Below are positions 38,782-50,735 of a stretch of DNA of 64,000 nucleotides, in pieces; the first letter of the stretch is position 1; each line of letters opens with the position of its first letter. The translations under genes and the position numbers were made by a program. The notes under the pieces are model-generated. The model was not told the origin of the DNA. It was given only the letters and a program-made list of their open reading frames with translations, and ran no database searches. The DNA is from Chiloscyllium plagiosum (Eukaryota): the NCBI RefSeq assembly GCF_004010195.1, contig NC_057720.1:10262530-10326529 (forward strand). The letters are read 5' to 3'.

Positions 38782-39115
38782 CATCTTGCTATGAGTTGAG
38801 AATGAGTGGCAACCTTTTATAGCTAGGGGGTAGTTTCTCAAAAGCGACAGTGATTCACCTGATGGGCATGAACCCACAGCCATCTGTTTCATGGAAAATA
38901 GTCACTGTTATTCCTCAGAATGGCAACTTGGGACGAATTTCAAAGACACAGAGAGCAATCAACCCTCTGAAATATCAGACATAACCAAGGTCTCTGTCTT
39001 TGTGCCTTTGTGTGAGCTCCCAAAAGACAACACTCTATCACAGAAGGGTTGGATTGCAGCTATTGTTACAACAATTGTTTGTTTGACCACTGGGTTCTTG
39101 TATTTCATACTGTGA
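38782..39115 (+). pseudogene. CLCA: CLCA terminal exon with stop, frameshift and hydrophobic C-terminus
   Basis: Acceptor reads ttccctcttCG; SCYELRMSGNLL*LGGSF..., TAG at 38820; frame change near 38935 to PSEISDITKVSVFVP...WIAAIVTTIVCLTTGFLYFIL*. Confidence 0.82.
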
Positions 39116-39657
39116 AAAAAAAACGCAAAGTCCAATCTTTTGATGTGTAATGTCCTCATAGTTGGAATGAGAGAAAGTGAGGACTGCAGATGCTGGAGAT
39201 CAGAGTCAAAAAGTAAGGCGCTGCAAAAGGACAGCATGTCAGGCACCATCTGAGTACCAGGAGAGTCGAAAGTTCAGACATAAGCCCTTCATCAGGAATT
39301 AGTGTAGGGGGGAGGGGTGCAGGGGTAGTGGGTGAGGAGTGTAGAAGGGGGCTGCGAGATAAATAGGAGGGTGGGATGGGGGTAGAGCTGGCAAGGCGAT
39401 AGGCAAATGCAGGTGGAGGATGATAATAATCGATAATAATTGGAGGGGAAGGAGGAGCAGATATGGGGAAGGAAGATAGACAGGTAGGACAGTTCAAGAA
39501 GGTGGTGCCGAGTTGGAGGAATGGATCTGGGATGAGGTGAGGAGAGAGGAGATGAGGAAACTGGTGACGTTCATGTTGATGTCATGTGGTTAGAAGGTCC
39601 CAAGGGAGAAAATGAGGCATTCATCGTCCAGTCGTCAGGTGGTTTGGATTTGGCGAG

Positions 39658-40186
39658 GGAGGAGGCCCAGGACTTGCATGGGCGGTGGAGGAGGGCCAGG
39701 ACTTGCATGGGCAGTGGAGGAGGCCCAGGACTTGTGGGCGGCACGGTGCCACAGTGGTTAGCACTGCTGCCTCACAGCGCCAGAGACCCGTGTTCAATTC
39801 CCGACTCAGGCGACTGACTGTGTGGAGTTTGCACATTCTCCCCGTGTCTGCGTGGATTTCTTCCGGGTGCTCTGGTTTCCTCCCACAGTCCAAAGATGTG
39901 CAGGTCAGGTGAATTGGCCATGCTAAATTGCCCGTAGTGCGAGGTAAAAAGGGGTACATGTAGGGGTATGGGTAGGTTGCGCTTCGGCGGGCAGATGTGG
40001 ACTTGTTGGGACGAAGGGCCTGTTTCCACACTGTAAGTAATCTAATCTAATCTCAGACTTGCATGGACAGTGGAGGAGGCCCAGGACTTGCACTGACGGT
40101 GGAGGAGCCTGGGACTTGCATGGGCGGTGGAGGAGGCCCAGAACTTGCATGGACAGTGGAGGAGGCCCAGGACTTGCACTGACGGT
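39658..40186 (+). repeat. 29-bp minisatellite (about 8 units) interrupted by a SINE
   Basis: Unit ggaggaggcccaggacttgcatgggcggt. Confidence 0.9.
39736..40053 (+). mobile_element. Young HE1/V-SINE-like SINE
   Basis: gggcggcacggtg...gttcaattccc...; tail (taatc)3. Confidence 0.92.
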
Positions 40187-40849
40187 GCACATCTTGTGCC
40201 TCTTCCACTGCCAAATTCTAAGCATCCAGCACCTGGAGGAAGAACACCTTATCTTCTGCCTCAGGACGCCCCAGCCACATGGGATCAATGTGTAATTCAC
40301 CAGTTTCCTCATTTCCCCAACCCCCATCATCTCCCAGATCCAACCTCCCAACTTGGCACGGCCTTCCTGGCCTCTCCTATATGCCGATCTTCCTTCCTAC
40401 CTATCCGCTCCACCCTCCTCTCTGACCTATCACCTTCACCCCCAACTTCATCTACCTATTGTATTCTCAGCTACCTTCCTCCCAACCTCACCCCCACCCA
40501 TTTATCTCTCAGCCCCCTTGGGCCACCTCCTCCTTTCTGATGGAGAGCTTAAGCTCTAAACGTCGATTCACCTGCTCCTCAGATGCTGCCTGACTGGCTG
40601 TGCTTTTCCAGCACCACACTCTTCGACTCTCGAAGCTTTGACTCTGCCTTCTTTTCTCAGATGCTGCCAAACGTGCTGAGATTCTCCAGACATTTCTGAG
40701 GTTGTTGGGGGCAGGGTAACCTTTCCTGGATTTTATATTCCTGTATATTCATATCTTTTTGTGAAAAAAACAAAATCTATTTGAAACCTAATGTATGACA
40801 CTCCCTTCATTTGAAATTTTTGGAGCAACTCTGCCAGGCACCCATTTCA

Positions 40850-41250
40850 AATGAGGAGGTTTGAATTATTAAGAAAGGTTTGATAGGCTGGGACATTTTT
40901 CACAGGAGCATAGGGGTTTGAGAGGTGACCTCATAGAAATTTATAAAATCAGGAAGGGTGGAGATAGGGTTAATGGTGGGGTCTTTTCCCTAGGAAGGGG
41001 GAATTCAAGAAGAGAGGGCACATTTTTAAGGTGAGAGGAGAAATTTAAATAAGACGTGAGAAAGAAGTGTTTCACACGGAGCGTGATTAGCTTGTGGAAT
41101 GAACTTCCTGAGGGAGTGGTGGGTGTAGGTGCACATACAATGTTTAAAGGACATTTAACTAAAAAGATAAATAAGAATCGTTCAGAGGGATATGAGCCAG
41201 GAGCAGGGGTTCTTTAATTTTGGATTATGGTTGGCATGGACTGTATGATT
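40850..41250 (+). mobile_element. CR1 3' fragment
   Basis: agaggtgacctcatagaa, ttcacacggagcgtg, tail ctgtatgatt. Confidence 0.75.
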
Positions 41251-41814
41251 CCTGATGTTTTTGTCCATCGAGTGTATGAGATTGAATCTGGTGACAAAGC
41301 CTGAATTTTGAGAATTATAATATTGAACAAACTATTTCTTAAATGGCATAGATGCTGTTAAAATTATTCAAAAATGCTTTTGGGTCCAACAGTCTGACCT
41401 TTCATTGGTAAGGAATTAAAGTCGGAGTAACCTAATGCATCTTGACTTATTGAAATAGTACTTCCAGACTTTATTTGACCTGCCTGGAAGTTTACTGGAT
41501 GCAGATCCATTTGAGACATTCAACAGGGTGTATCAGATTGATTGAAAATGTTGTGCAGTTATAGGGTGAAAGGGCAAGGGGATGTTATGATGTTCATTTG
41601 GAGATGCGTGCAAATATGATTGGCCAAATGCCATTCTTCTGCACTGTAACAATTCTGTGATTTCGACCTGTACAGACTCAACCCAAATACAATTAGATGC
41701 ATTTCCAATAAAACAAAATTGACTTTACTACAAAAACAGAATTCAACATTTATAACTAATAAGCTGTGGCAATGGGTGGAAGAAAGAGAAGAGGATTTGA
41801 GGCCAAAGTTTGTG

Positions 41815-42104
41815 TAGAAACAGGCCTTTCAGCCGAACAAGACCACACCAACCCTCTGAAGAGCAACCTATTCAGACCTATTCCCCTAAACTATTATCCT
41901 ACGTTTACTCCTGACGAATGCACCTAACCTACACATCCCTGAACACTATGGGCAACTTAACACAGCCAATTCACCTTTGGATTGTGGGAGGAACCCACAC
42001 AGACAAAGGAAGAATGTACAAACTCCACACAGACAGTCACCCAAGGCTGGAATTAAACCTGGGTGTCTGGCGCTGCAAGGCAGCAGTGCTAACCACTGAG
42101 CCAG
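41815..42104 (-). mobile_element. HE1/V-SINE-like SINE
   Basis: Reverse-complement head cagcagtgctaaccactgagcca. Confidence 0.82.
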
Positions 42105-43578
42105 TGGTTCTGGTAGACTGCTTGGTGCTTCTGCTCGAAAATCTCTCTTCAAAAACCAAACATGACAAAATAATCTCTTGAAGCCACAACATTGTCACTT
42201 ATTCTGTGACATATAAGACTGCAGTGCAGATGCAATGAAAATAATACAATCTTTCATTAGTCAGTAACTGTCATCTTTACGGCAAGCTAAATTGAGATCG
42301 GTTTCCTGAAGGAACATCTTTGTAAATCCAGTTGCAATTTGAATGTGTCTCAGTTTGGTAACTGAAAGTTCTCTTTGGTATGGGTAGGTGATGGCTTAAT
42401 GGTATTATCGCGAGACTATTAAACAGAGACTGAGACAACGTTGTGGGGACTTGGATTTGAAATTCCCATGGCAGATGGTGGAATTTGAATTCAGTAAAAA
42501 TGAATCTGGAATTAAGAATCTACTGAGAACCATGAAATTATTGTCAATCGTTGGAAAAACCCATTTGGCTTCATGGAAGGAAACTGCCAACCTCACCTGA
42601 TCAGGCCTACATGTGACTTCTGACCCACAGCAATGTGGCTGACTCTCAATTGCCTTCTGAAATGGCCTAGCAAGCCATTCAGTGGAATCAATTGCTAAAA
42701 AGTCTCAAAAACATGAAGTCAGGTGAATCACCTGGCATCAACCCAGGCGCTGGAAAAGACAAATACAGAAACTGCACTGCTGACCCTGCAAAGTCCTACC
42801 CACCAACATCTGGGGGATAGTGTCAAAATTGGGAGAGCTCTCTCACAGACTAGTCAAGCAACAGCCTGATATAGTCATACTCACAGAGGTATACATTATA
42901 GACAATGTCCTAGACACCACCATTGTCATCCCCAGACATGACCTGTCCCACTGGCAAGGCAGACCCAGCAAAGGTGGTGGCACAGTGACGTACAGTTGGG
43001 AGGAGTTGCCCTGGGAGTCCTCAACATTGACTCTGGACCCCATGAAGTCTCATGGCTTCAGGTTAAATATTGGCATGGAAACCTCCTGCTGATTACCATG
43101 TACCATCCTTCCTTGACTGGTGAATCATACGCCTCCATGTTGAACAACACTTGGAGGAAGCACTGAGGGTGGCAAAGTATTCTGGGTGGGAGAGTTCAAT
43201 ATGCACCACCAAGAGTGGCTCGGCAGCAGTGCATCTGTCCATGACAGTATTGGCAAAAAGCAACCATTGCACAGTCCTTGTGGAGACAAAGTCCCACCAT
43301 CACGTTGAGAATAACCTTCATTGTGTTGTGTGGCACAATCACAGTGCTATATGGTACACACTTCAAATAGATCTAACAACTCAAGACTGGCCATCCATGA
43401 GGCACTGTGGGTCACCAACAGCAGCAGAATTGTACTCAAATACAATCTGTAACCTCATGGTCTGGCATAACCCCCACTCAACCTTAATTATAAAGCCAGG
43501 TGATTAAGCCTAGGTCAGTGGAGAGTGCAGGAGGCCAGGCCAGGAGCAACACTGGGCAAACCTGAAGATGAATCAAGA

Positions 43579-46500
43579 TATCAGCCATAAATGCTGTTGG
43601 ATATGAATCTTATCAGATCGAGTGGATCGGTTGGAGAGACAGATAGAAGCGATGAGGAATTTGCAACAGCAACAGTATGTGATGGATGGCAGTTATAGGA
43701 AGGGGGGAAAGTCTCAGATACAGTAACATAGATGGGTTAACTCCAGGAAGGGTGAGAGAGGTCGGCACCTAGGCCAGGATTCTTTTGTGGATATACCCAT
43801 TTCAAACAGGTATGCTACTTTTGAAAATGTAGGGGGTGATGGATTCTCAGGGGAACGTAGCACGAACAGCCAAGTTTTTGGTATTGAGACCGGCTCTAAT
43901 GCAACGAGGGGTACGTTGGCTACCAAGAGATCAATTGTGTTAGGGGATTCTGTAGTCAGAGGTACAGACATACATTTCTGTGGCCAGCAGGGAAAAAGCA
44001 GAACGGTGTGTTGTTTCCCTGGTGCCAGGATCAAGGATGTCTTAGAGAGGGTGCAGGATGTTCTCACGGGGGAGAGGGGCCAGCAGGAGGTCAGTGTCCA
44101 TATTGGAACCAACAACATTGGAAGGGAAAAGGTTGAGACTCTGAAGGGAGATTACAGAGAGTTAGGCAGAAATTTAAAAAGGAGGTCCTCAAGGGTAGTA
44201 ATATCTGGATTACTCCGAGTGCTACAAGCTAGTGAGGGCAGGAATAGTAGGATAGAGCAGATGAATGCATGGCTGAGGAGCTGGTGTATGGGAAAAGGAT
44301 TCACATTTTTGGATCATTGGAATCTCTTTTGGGATAGAAGTGACCTGTACAAGAAGGACAGATTGCACCTAAATTGGAAGGGGACGAATAGACTGGCAGG
44401 GAAATTTGCTACAACTGCTCGGGATGATTTAAGNNNNNNNNNNNNNNNNNNNNNNNNNNNNNNNNNNNNNNNNNNNNNNNNNNNNNNNNNNNNNNNNNNN
44501 NNNNNNNNNNNNNNNNNNNNNNNNNNNNNNNNNNNNNNNNNNNNNNNNNGGCAGCTTAATGTTCCAGGATACAAATGCTACAGGTAGGATAGAAAGGGAG
44601 GCAAGAGAGGAGGGGAAGTGGCACTTTTGATAAGGGATAGCATTACAGCTGTGCTGAGTGAGGATATTCCCGGAAATACATCCAGGGAAGTTATTTGGGT
44701 GGAACTGAGAAATAAGAAAGGGATGATCACCTTATTGGGATTATATTATAGACCCCAATAGTCAGAGGGAAATTGAGAAACAAACTTGCAAGGAGATCTC
44801 AGCTATCTGTAAGAATAATAGGGTAGTTATGGTAGGGGATTTTAATTTTCCAAACATCGACTGGGACTGCCATAGTGTTAAAGGTTTAGATGGAGAGAAA
44901 TTTCTTAAGTGTGTACAAGACAATTTTCTGATTCAGTATGTGGATGTACCTACTAGAGAAGGTGCAAAACTTGACCTTCTCTTGGGAAATAAGGCAGGGC
45001 ACGTGACTGAGGTGTCAGTGGGGAGCACCTTGGGGCCAGCGACCATAATTCTATTCGTTTTGAAATAGTGATGGAATAGGATAGACCAGATCTAAAAGTT
45101 GAAGTTCTATATTGGAGAAAGGCCAATTCTTACAGTATTCGGCAAGAACTTTTGAAAGCTGATTGGAGGCAGATGTTCGCAGGTAAAGGAATGGCTGGAA
45201 AATGGGAAGCCTTCAGAAATAAGATAACAAGAATCCAGAGAAAGTATATTCCTGTCAGGGTGAAAGGGAAGGCTGGTAGGTATAAGGAATCCTGGATGAC
45301 TAAAGAAATTGAGTGTTTGGTTAAGAAAAAGAAGGAAGCATATGTCAGGTATAGACAGGATAGATCGAGTGAATCCTTAGAAGAGTATAAAGAAAGTAGA
45401 TTAGATTACTTTCAGTGTGGAAACAGGCCCTTCGGCCCAACCAGTCCACACCGACCCTCTGAAGAGTAACCCACCCAGACCCATTTCCTTCTGACTAATG
45501 CACAAAACACTATGGGTAATTTAGCATGGCCAATTCACCTAACCTGCACATCTTTGGACTGTGGGAGGAAACCAGAGAACCCGGAAGAAACCCATGCAGA
45601 CACGGGGAGAATGTGCAAACTCCACACAGACAGTCGCCTCAGGTTGGAATTGAACCCGGGACCCTGGTGCGGTGAGGCAGCAGTGCTAACCACTGAGCCA
45701 CCGTGCCACCCCTGAGGTGTATACTTAAGAGGGAAACCAGAAGGGCAAAATGGGGACATGATACAGCTTTGGCAAACAGAATTAAGGAGAATCCAAAGGG
45801 TTTTTACAAATATACTAAGGACAAAAGGGTAACTAGGGACAGAATAGGACCCCTCAAAGATCAGCAAGGCAGCCTTTGTGTGGAGCCACAGAAAATGGGG
45901 GANNNNNNNNNNNNNNNNNNNNNNNNNNNNNNNNNNNNNNNNNNNNNNNNNNNNNNNNNNNNNNNNNNNNNNNNNNNNNNNNNNNNNNNNNNNNNNNNNN
46001 NNNNNNNNNNNNNNNNNNNNNNNNNNNNNNNNNNNNNNNNNNNNNNNNNNNNNNNNNNNNNNNNNNNNNNNNNNNNNNNNNNNNNNNNNNNNNNNNNNNN
46101 NNNNNNNNNNNNNNNNNNNNNNNNNNNNNNNNNNNNNNNNNNNNNNNNNNNNNNNNNNNNNNNNNNNNNNNNNNNNNNNNNNNNNNNNNNNNNNNNNNNN
46201 NNNNNNNNNNNNNNGCAAGTTGTTGGAGGGAATCCTGAGGGACAGGATGTACATGTATTTGGAAAGGCAAGGACTGATTCGGGATAGTCAACATGGCTTT
46301 GTGCGTGGGAAATCATGTCTCACAAACTTGATTGAGTTTTTTGATGAAGTAACAAAGAAGATTGATGAGGGCAGAGCAGTAGATGTGATCTATATGGACT
46401 TCAGTAAGACGTTCGACAAGGTTCCCCATGGGAGACTGATTAGCAAGGTTAGATCTCATGGAATAAAGGGAGAACTAGCCATTTGGATACAAAACTGGCT

Positions 46501-47562
46501 CAAAGGTAGAAGACAGAGGGTGGTGGTGGAGGGTTATTTTTCAGACTGCAGGCCTGTGACCAGTGGAGTGCCACAAGGATCAGTGCTTGGCCCTCTACTG
46601 TTTGTCATTTACTTAAATGATTTGGATGCAAGCATAACGGGTACAGTTCATAAGTTTGCAGATGACACCAAAATTGGAGGTGTAGTGGACAGTGAAGAGG
46701 GTTACCTCAGATTATAACAGGATCTGGACCAGATGGGCCTGTGGGCTGAGAAGTGGCAGATGGATTTTAATTCAGATAAATGCGAGGTGATGCATTTTGG
46801 GAAAGCAAATCTTAGCAGGACTTATACACTTAATGGTAAGGTCCTAGGGAGTGTTGCTGAACAAAGAGACCTTGGAGTGCAGGTGCATAGCTCCTTGAAA
46901 GTGGAGTCACAGGTAGATAGGATAGTGAAGGATTGGTATGCCTTCCTTTATTGGTCAGAGTATTGAGTTCAGGAGTTGTGGCTGTACAGGACATTGGTTA
47001 GGCCACTGTTGGAATATTGCGTGCAATTCTGGTCTCCTTCCTATCGGAAAGATATTCTGAAATTTGAAAGGGTTCAGAAAAGATTTACAAGGATGCTGCC
47101 AGGGTTAGAGGATCTGAGCTACAGGGAGAGGCTGAACAGGCTGGGGCTGTTTACCCTGGAGCATCGGAGGCTGAGGGGTGACCGTATAGAGGTTTACAAA
47201 ATTATGAGGGGCATGGATAGGATAAGTAGGCAAAGTCTTTTCCCTGTGGTCGAGGAGTCCAGAACTAGAGGGCATAGATTTAGGGTGAGAGGGGAAAGAT
47301 ATAAAAGAGACCTAAGGGGCAACGTTTTCACACAGAGGGTAGTACGTGTATAGAATGAGCTGCCAGAGGATGTAGTGGAGACTGGTACAATTGCAACATT
47401 TTCGAGACATTTGGATGGGTATATGAATAGGAATGGTTTGGAGTGATAAGGGCCGGGTGCTGTCAGGTGGGACTAGATTGGATTGGGATATCTGGTCAGC
47501 ATGGACGGGTTGGACCGAAGGGTCTGTTTCCATGCTGTACATCTCTATGACTCTATGATTCT
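43579..47562 (+). mobile_element. CR1 LINE (ORF1 esterase part and ORF2), with two gaps
   Basis: LGDSVVRG, VHIGTNN, VGDFNFP, GVPQGSVLGP, KFADDTK; tail ctctatgactctatgattct. Confidence 0.95.
45398..45712 (-). mobile_element. HE1/V-SINE-like SINE nested in CR1
   Basis: Full-length reverse-complement copy that interrupts ORF2. Confidence 0.92.
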
Positions 47563-47769
47563 ATTAGAGTGGTGCTGGAAAAGCACAGCAGGTCAGGCAG
47601 CATCGAGGAACAGGAAAATTGATGTTCTGGGCAAAAAACCTTCATCAAGACTTTTGCCCGAAAAGTTGATTTTCCTGTTTCTTGGATACTGCCTGACTTG
47701 TTGTGCTATTCCAGCACCAATCTAATCTTGACTCTAACCTCCAGCATCTGCAGTACCCACATTTGCTAT
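47563..47769. mobile_element. Penelope-derived palindromic insert (first bases left at 43573-43578)
   Basis: Inverted arms around ccttcatcaaga; 13-bp TSD acctgaagatgaa at 43560-43572 and 47770-47782. Confidence 0.82.
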
Positions 47770-47948
47770 ACCTGAAGATGAAGTGTCAACCTGGTGAAGC
47801 CACCAAACAGGACTGCTTGCATGCCAACAGCATAAGCAACAAGTGTTAGACACTCCGAAGCGATCCCACAACTCACAGGTCAGATCTAAGCTCTGCATTC
47901 CTGCCACATTCAGCTGTGAATGATGGTGGACAATTCAACAAGTCACTG

Positions 47949-48473
47949 TGTTAAGTTCGTTACACACTTGATGCAACTGCAACATTCCAACTTCTGTAAG
48001 CAACAACTAAATTTTCTTCAGCAATGTATAGTACGAACTTCGTACTCGCAGGGCTTACAGGGTTGTGGCAAAATCTCTCCCTGAGAAAAGGAAAGTTCTT
48101 CCTTTATACAAAAGCTTTACATCACAGTTAATAACGCCCACAAAACAACCCCCAGCCACTCCCTCACAGCCACATGCCACTCAAGATACAATGCAGTGGC
48201 CAACTCACCTCCACAATCAACGTAATGCAAATCATCTTTATTGGCCAGATCTGGTGTGAATTGTATTTTTTAACTACAGGTAATCATCAGAATTCTAATT
48301 ATAATGATTTCTGAATCGGGGATGAAAACAATATCAATCATCCCTGAATGGCAAGAGATGGGAATGTAAACCTTCCACATTCTACCTATAAGACAAAGAC
48401 ACACCACCCTATCCCCCCTGGGGCATTCAACATTCTACAGGTCAGCAGAACAATTTAACTCTTTAATATCACA
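47949..48473. mobile_element. Solo LTR
   Basis: TG...CA termini and 4-bp TSD actg (47945-47948, 48474-48477); interrupts the host LINE cleanly. Confidence 0.78.
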
Positions 48474-50234
48474 ACTGGAGGAGCAGGCTCCACAAATATC
48501 CCCATCCTCAATTTTGGAAGAGATGAGCACATCAGTGCAGAAGATAAGGCTGAAGCTTTCACAACCAGAAGTGTCGAGTGAATCTCCTATCTTGGCCTCC
48601 TCCTTTGGTCCCCAAAATTACAAATACCAGTCTTCAACCAATTTAACTCATTCCTTGTGATATCAAAAAATGGTTGGAGCAACTACATTCAGCAAAGACT
48701 ATATTCCCTCAATAGTACTGAAGACTTGTGCTCCAGAAGTTGCTACTCCACTAACCAAGCCGTTCCAGTACAGTTACAACACTGGCATTTACCCAACAAT
48801 TTGGACAATTGCCCAAGTATGTCTGTACATAAGAAGCAGGTCAAATCCAACCAGGCCAATTACTGCCCCATCAGTCAACTCTCGATCCACATTAATGTGA
48901 TGGAAAGTGCCATCAACAGTGCTATTAAGCAGCACCTTCTCAGCAATAACTTGTTCAGTGATGCCCAGTTTGGGTTCCGCCAGGGTCACTCTGCTCCTGA
49001 CCTCATTACAGCTCCGGGTCAAATAGGGTCAAGAGAGCTGAATTCCAGAGGGGAGAAGAGAGTGGCTGACTTTGACATCATGGCTGCATTTGACTGAGTG
49101 TGACATCAAGGACCCCTAGAAAAACTGGAATCAGTGGGTGTCGGGGGTAAACTCTCTGGTGGTTGGAGTCATACCTGACTCATAGGAAGATGGTCATGGT
49201 TGTTGGAGGCCAGTCATCTCAGCTCCAGGACATCTCTACAGGAACCCCTCAGGGTAGAGTCTTAGGCCCAACAATCTTCAGCTGCTTCATCAATGACTTT
49301 CCCTCTATCATGAGGTCAGAAGTGGGGATGGTCATTGCTGTTTCCACAATGTTCAGCATCATTCACGACTTCTCAGATATTGAAGCAGTCCATGTAACAG
49401 GATCTGGACAATATTCGGGCTTAGGCTGACAAGTGGCAATTAATATTTGTCCCACACAAATGCCAGGCTGTAACTATTACCAATAAAAGATAATTCAACC
49501 ATCACTGAGTCCCACACTATCAACATCCTTGAGTTCTCATTAATCAGAAACTCAACTGGACCCATCACATAAACACAGTAGCTACAAGTGCGGGTCAGAA
49601 GCTCGGAATACTGTGACGAGTAACTCATCTCCTGACTCCTGAAAGTCTACAAAGCACGAGTGTGATGGAATACTCCACACTTATCTGAATGGGTGCAGCT
49701 CCAACAACACAGAAGAAGCTTGACACCATTCACGACAAAGCAGTCCACTTGATTGACACCATATCCACAAACATCCATTCCTTCCACCATCGACGCTCAG
49801 TAACAGCAGTGTGTACTATTGACAAGATGCACTGCAGAAATTCACTGAAGATCCTCAGACAGCACTTTCCATTCCCACTACCACGTCCATCTGGAAGGAC
49901 AAAGGCAGCTGATACACGGGAACACCACCACCTTCATGTTCCCCTCCAAGCCACTCACCAACCTGACTTGAAAATATATCCCAGTTACTTCACTGTTGCT
50001 GGGTCAAAGTTCCGGCATTCCCTCCCTAATGGCATTGTGGGTCAACCCAGGGCAGGTAGACTGCAGTTGTTCAAGAAGGCAGCTCACCCCTACCTTCTCA
50101 GGGGCAACAAAGGATGGGAAATAAATGCTGCAGTCAGCGACGCCCACATCCCACAAAGTGAACTAAAATATACCGATCTGCTGGAAAACAGTTCAATGCT
50201 AAGTTTACTATCCTCTGCAAATGTCTAACATACT

Positions 50235-50735
50235 TCTAGTGCAGTTCTGATTACCCGACGACAGAGAGGATAGTACTGAACTGGAAAGAGCGCAGAAAAG
50301 ATTGAGTAGGATGTGATCTGGATAAGAAGGTTTAAATTGTAAGGTAAAGCTGGATAGGCTGAGACTTTTTTCCCTGGAGTATAGGAGACTGAGAGCTGAC
50401 CTTATAGGTGTCTGTAAAATCATGAGAGGCATAGATAAGGCAGATAGCCAACAACTATTCCCTAAATTAGGAGAGCTGAAAACTGGAGGGCACAGGTTTA
50501 AGGTGAAAGTGGAGAGATACAAAAGGGTCCAGATTGGCATTTCTTTTACAGAGGGTGCTGAGCGTCTGAAATGGGCTGCCAGAGGTAGTGGCGGAGGCGA
50601 GTATAATTTTGTCATTGTATCAACATTTGGACAGGTACATGGATGGGATAGGTATGGAGGGATGTGGACCAATTACAAACAAATGGGACGAGATTAACTG
50701 AAAACTGGGCAGCATTGACAGGTTGGGCCCAAGAC
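50235..50735 (+). mobile_element. CR1 3' fragment
   Basis: MRGIDK..LFP..KTGGHRFKV. Confidence 0.8.

Larger units (their letters stand above)
13556..39115 (+). pseudogene. CLCA: Unprocessed CLCA-family (calcium-activated chloride channel regulator) pseudogene; 12 exons recognisable, equivalents of CLCA1 exons 9-10 absent
   Basis: Manual translation gives collinear CLCA motifs: NNGYRDVVIA, YFADVKILLP, DDPYTLQYSGCGEKG, HEWAxxxWGVFEEY, EFC..EAP..QN..CN.RS.WEVI..SEDF, LALDVSGSM, SGAIVHTIALGPSAA, GRYSLKVRV, FPPCTITDL, SEISDI. Exon phases match CLCA1. Multiple stops, frameshifts and splice lesions. Paralog identity (CLCA1/2/4) cannot be assigned. Confidence 0.93.
39167..40632. mobile_element. Penelope 3' ends in inverted orientation (- 39167-39657, + 40195-40632) with a central minisatellite and SINE
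   Basis: LEEEHLIFCL..QPHGINV (GIY-YIG C-terminus) on +, mirrored on -; hammerhead-like ctgatga cores on both arms. Confidence 0.82.
42386..50168 (+). mobile_element. Degraded, probably full-length LINE (APE and RT, CR1/L2 group) with a SINE-like 5' end; host pieces 42386-43572, 47770-47948, 48474-50168
   Basis: APE: QPDIVILTE, KGGGTV. RT: NYCPIS, QFGFRQGHS, PQGRVLGPTIFSCFIND. The host reads continuously across the nested inserts. Confidence 0.82.

Noticed and set aside
39736..39810. tRNA gene-like A/B boxes here and at other SINE heads
   Set aside because: They continue into SINE bodies and do not form complete tRNAs.
39658..40186. 29-bp repeats (also 14761-14916) as a CRISPR-like array
   Set aside because: Units are contiguous without unique spacers, there are no cas genes, and the context is vertebrate.
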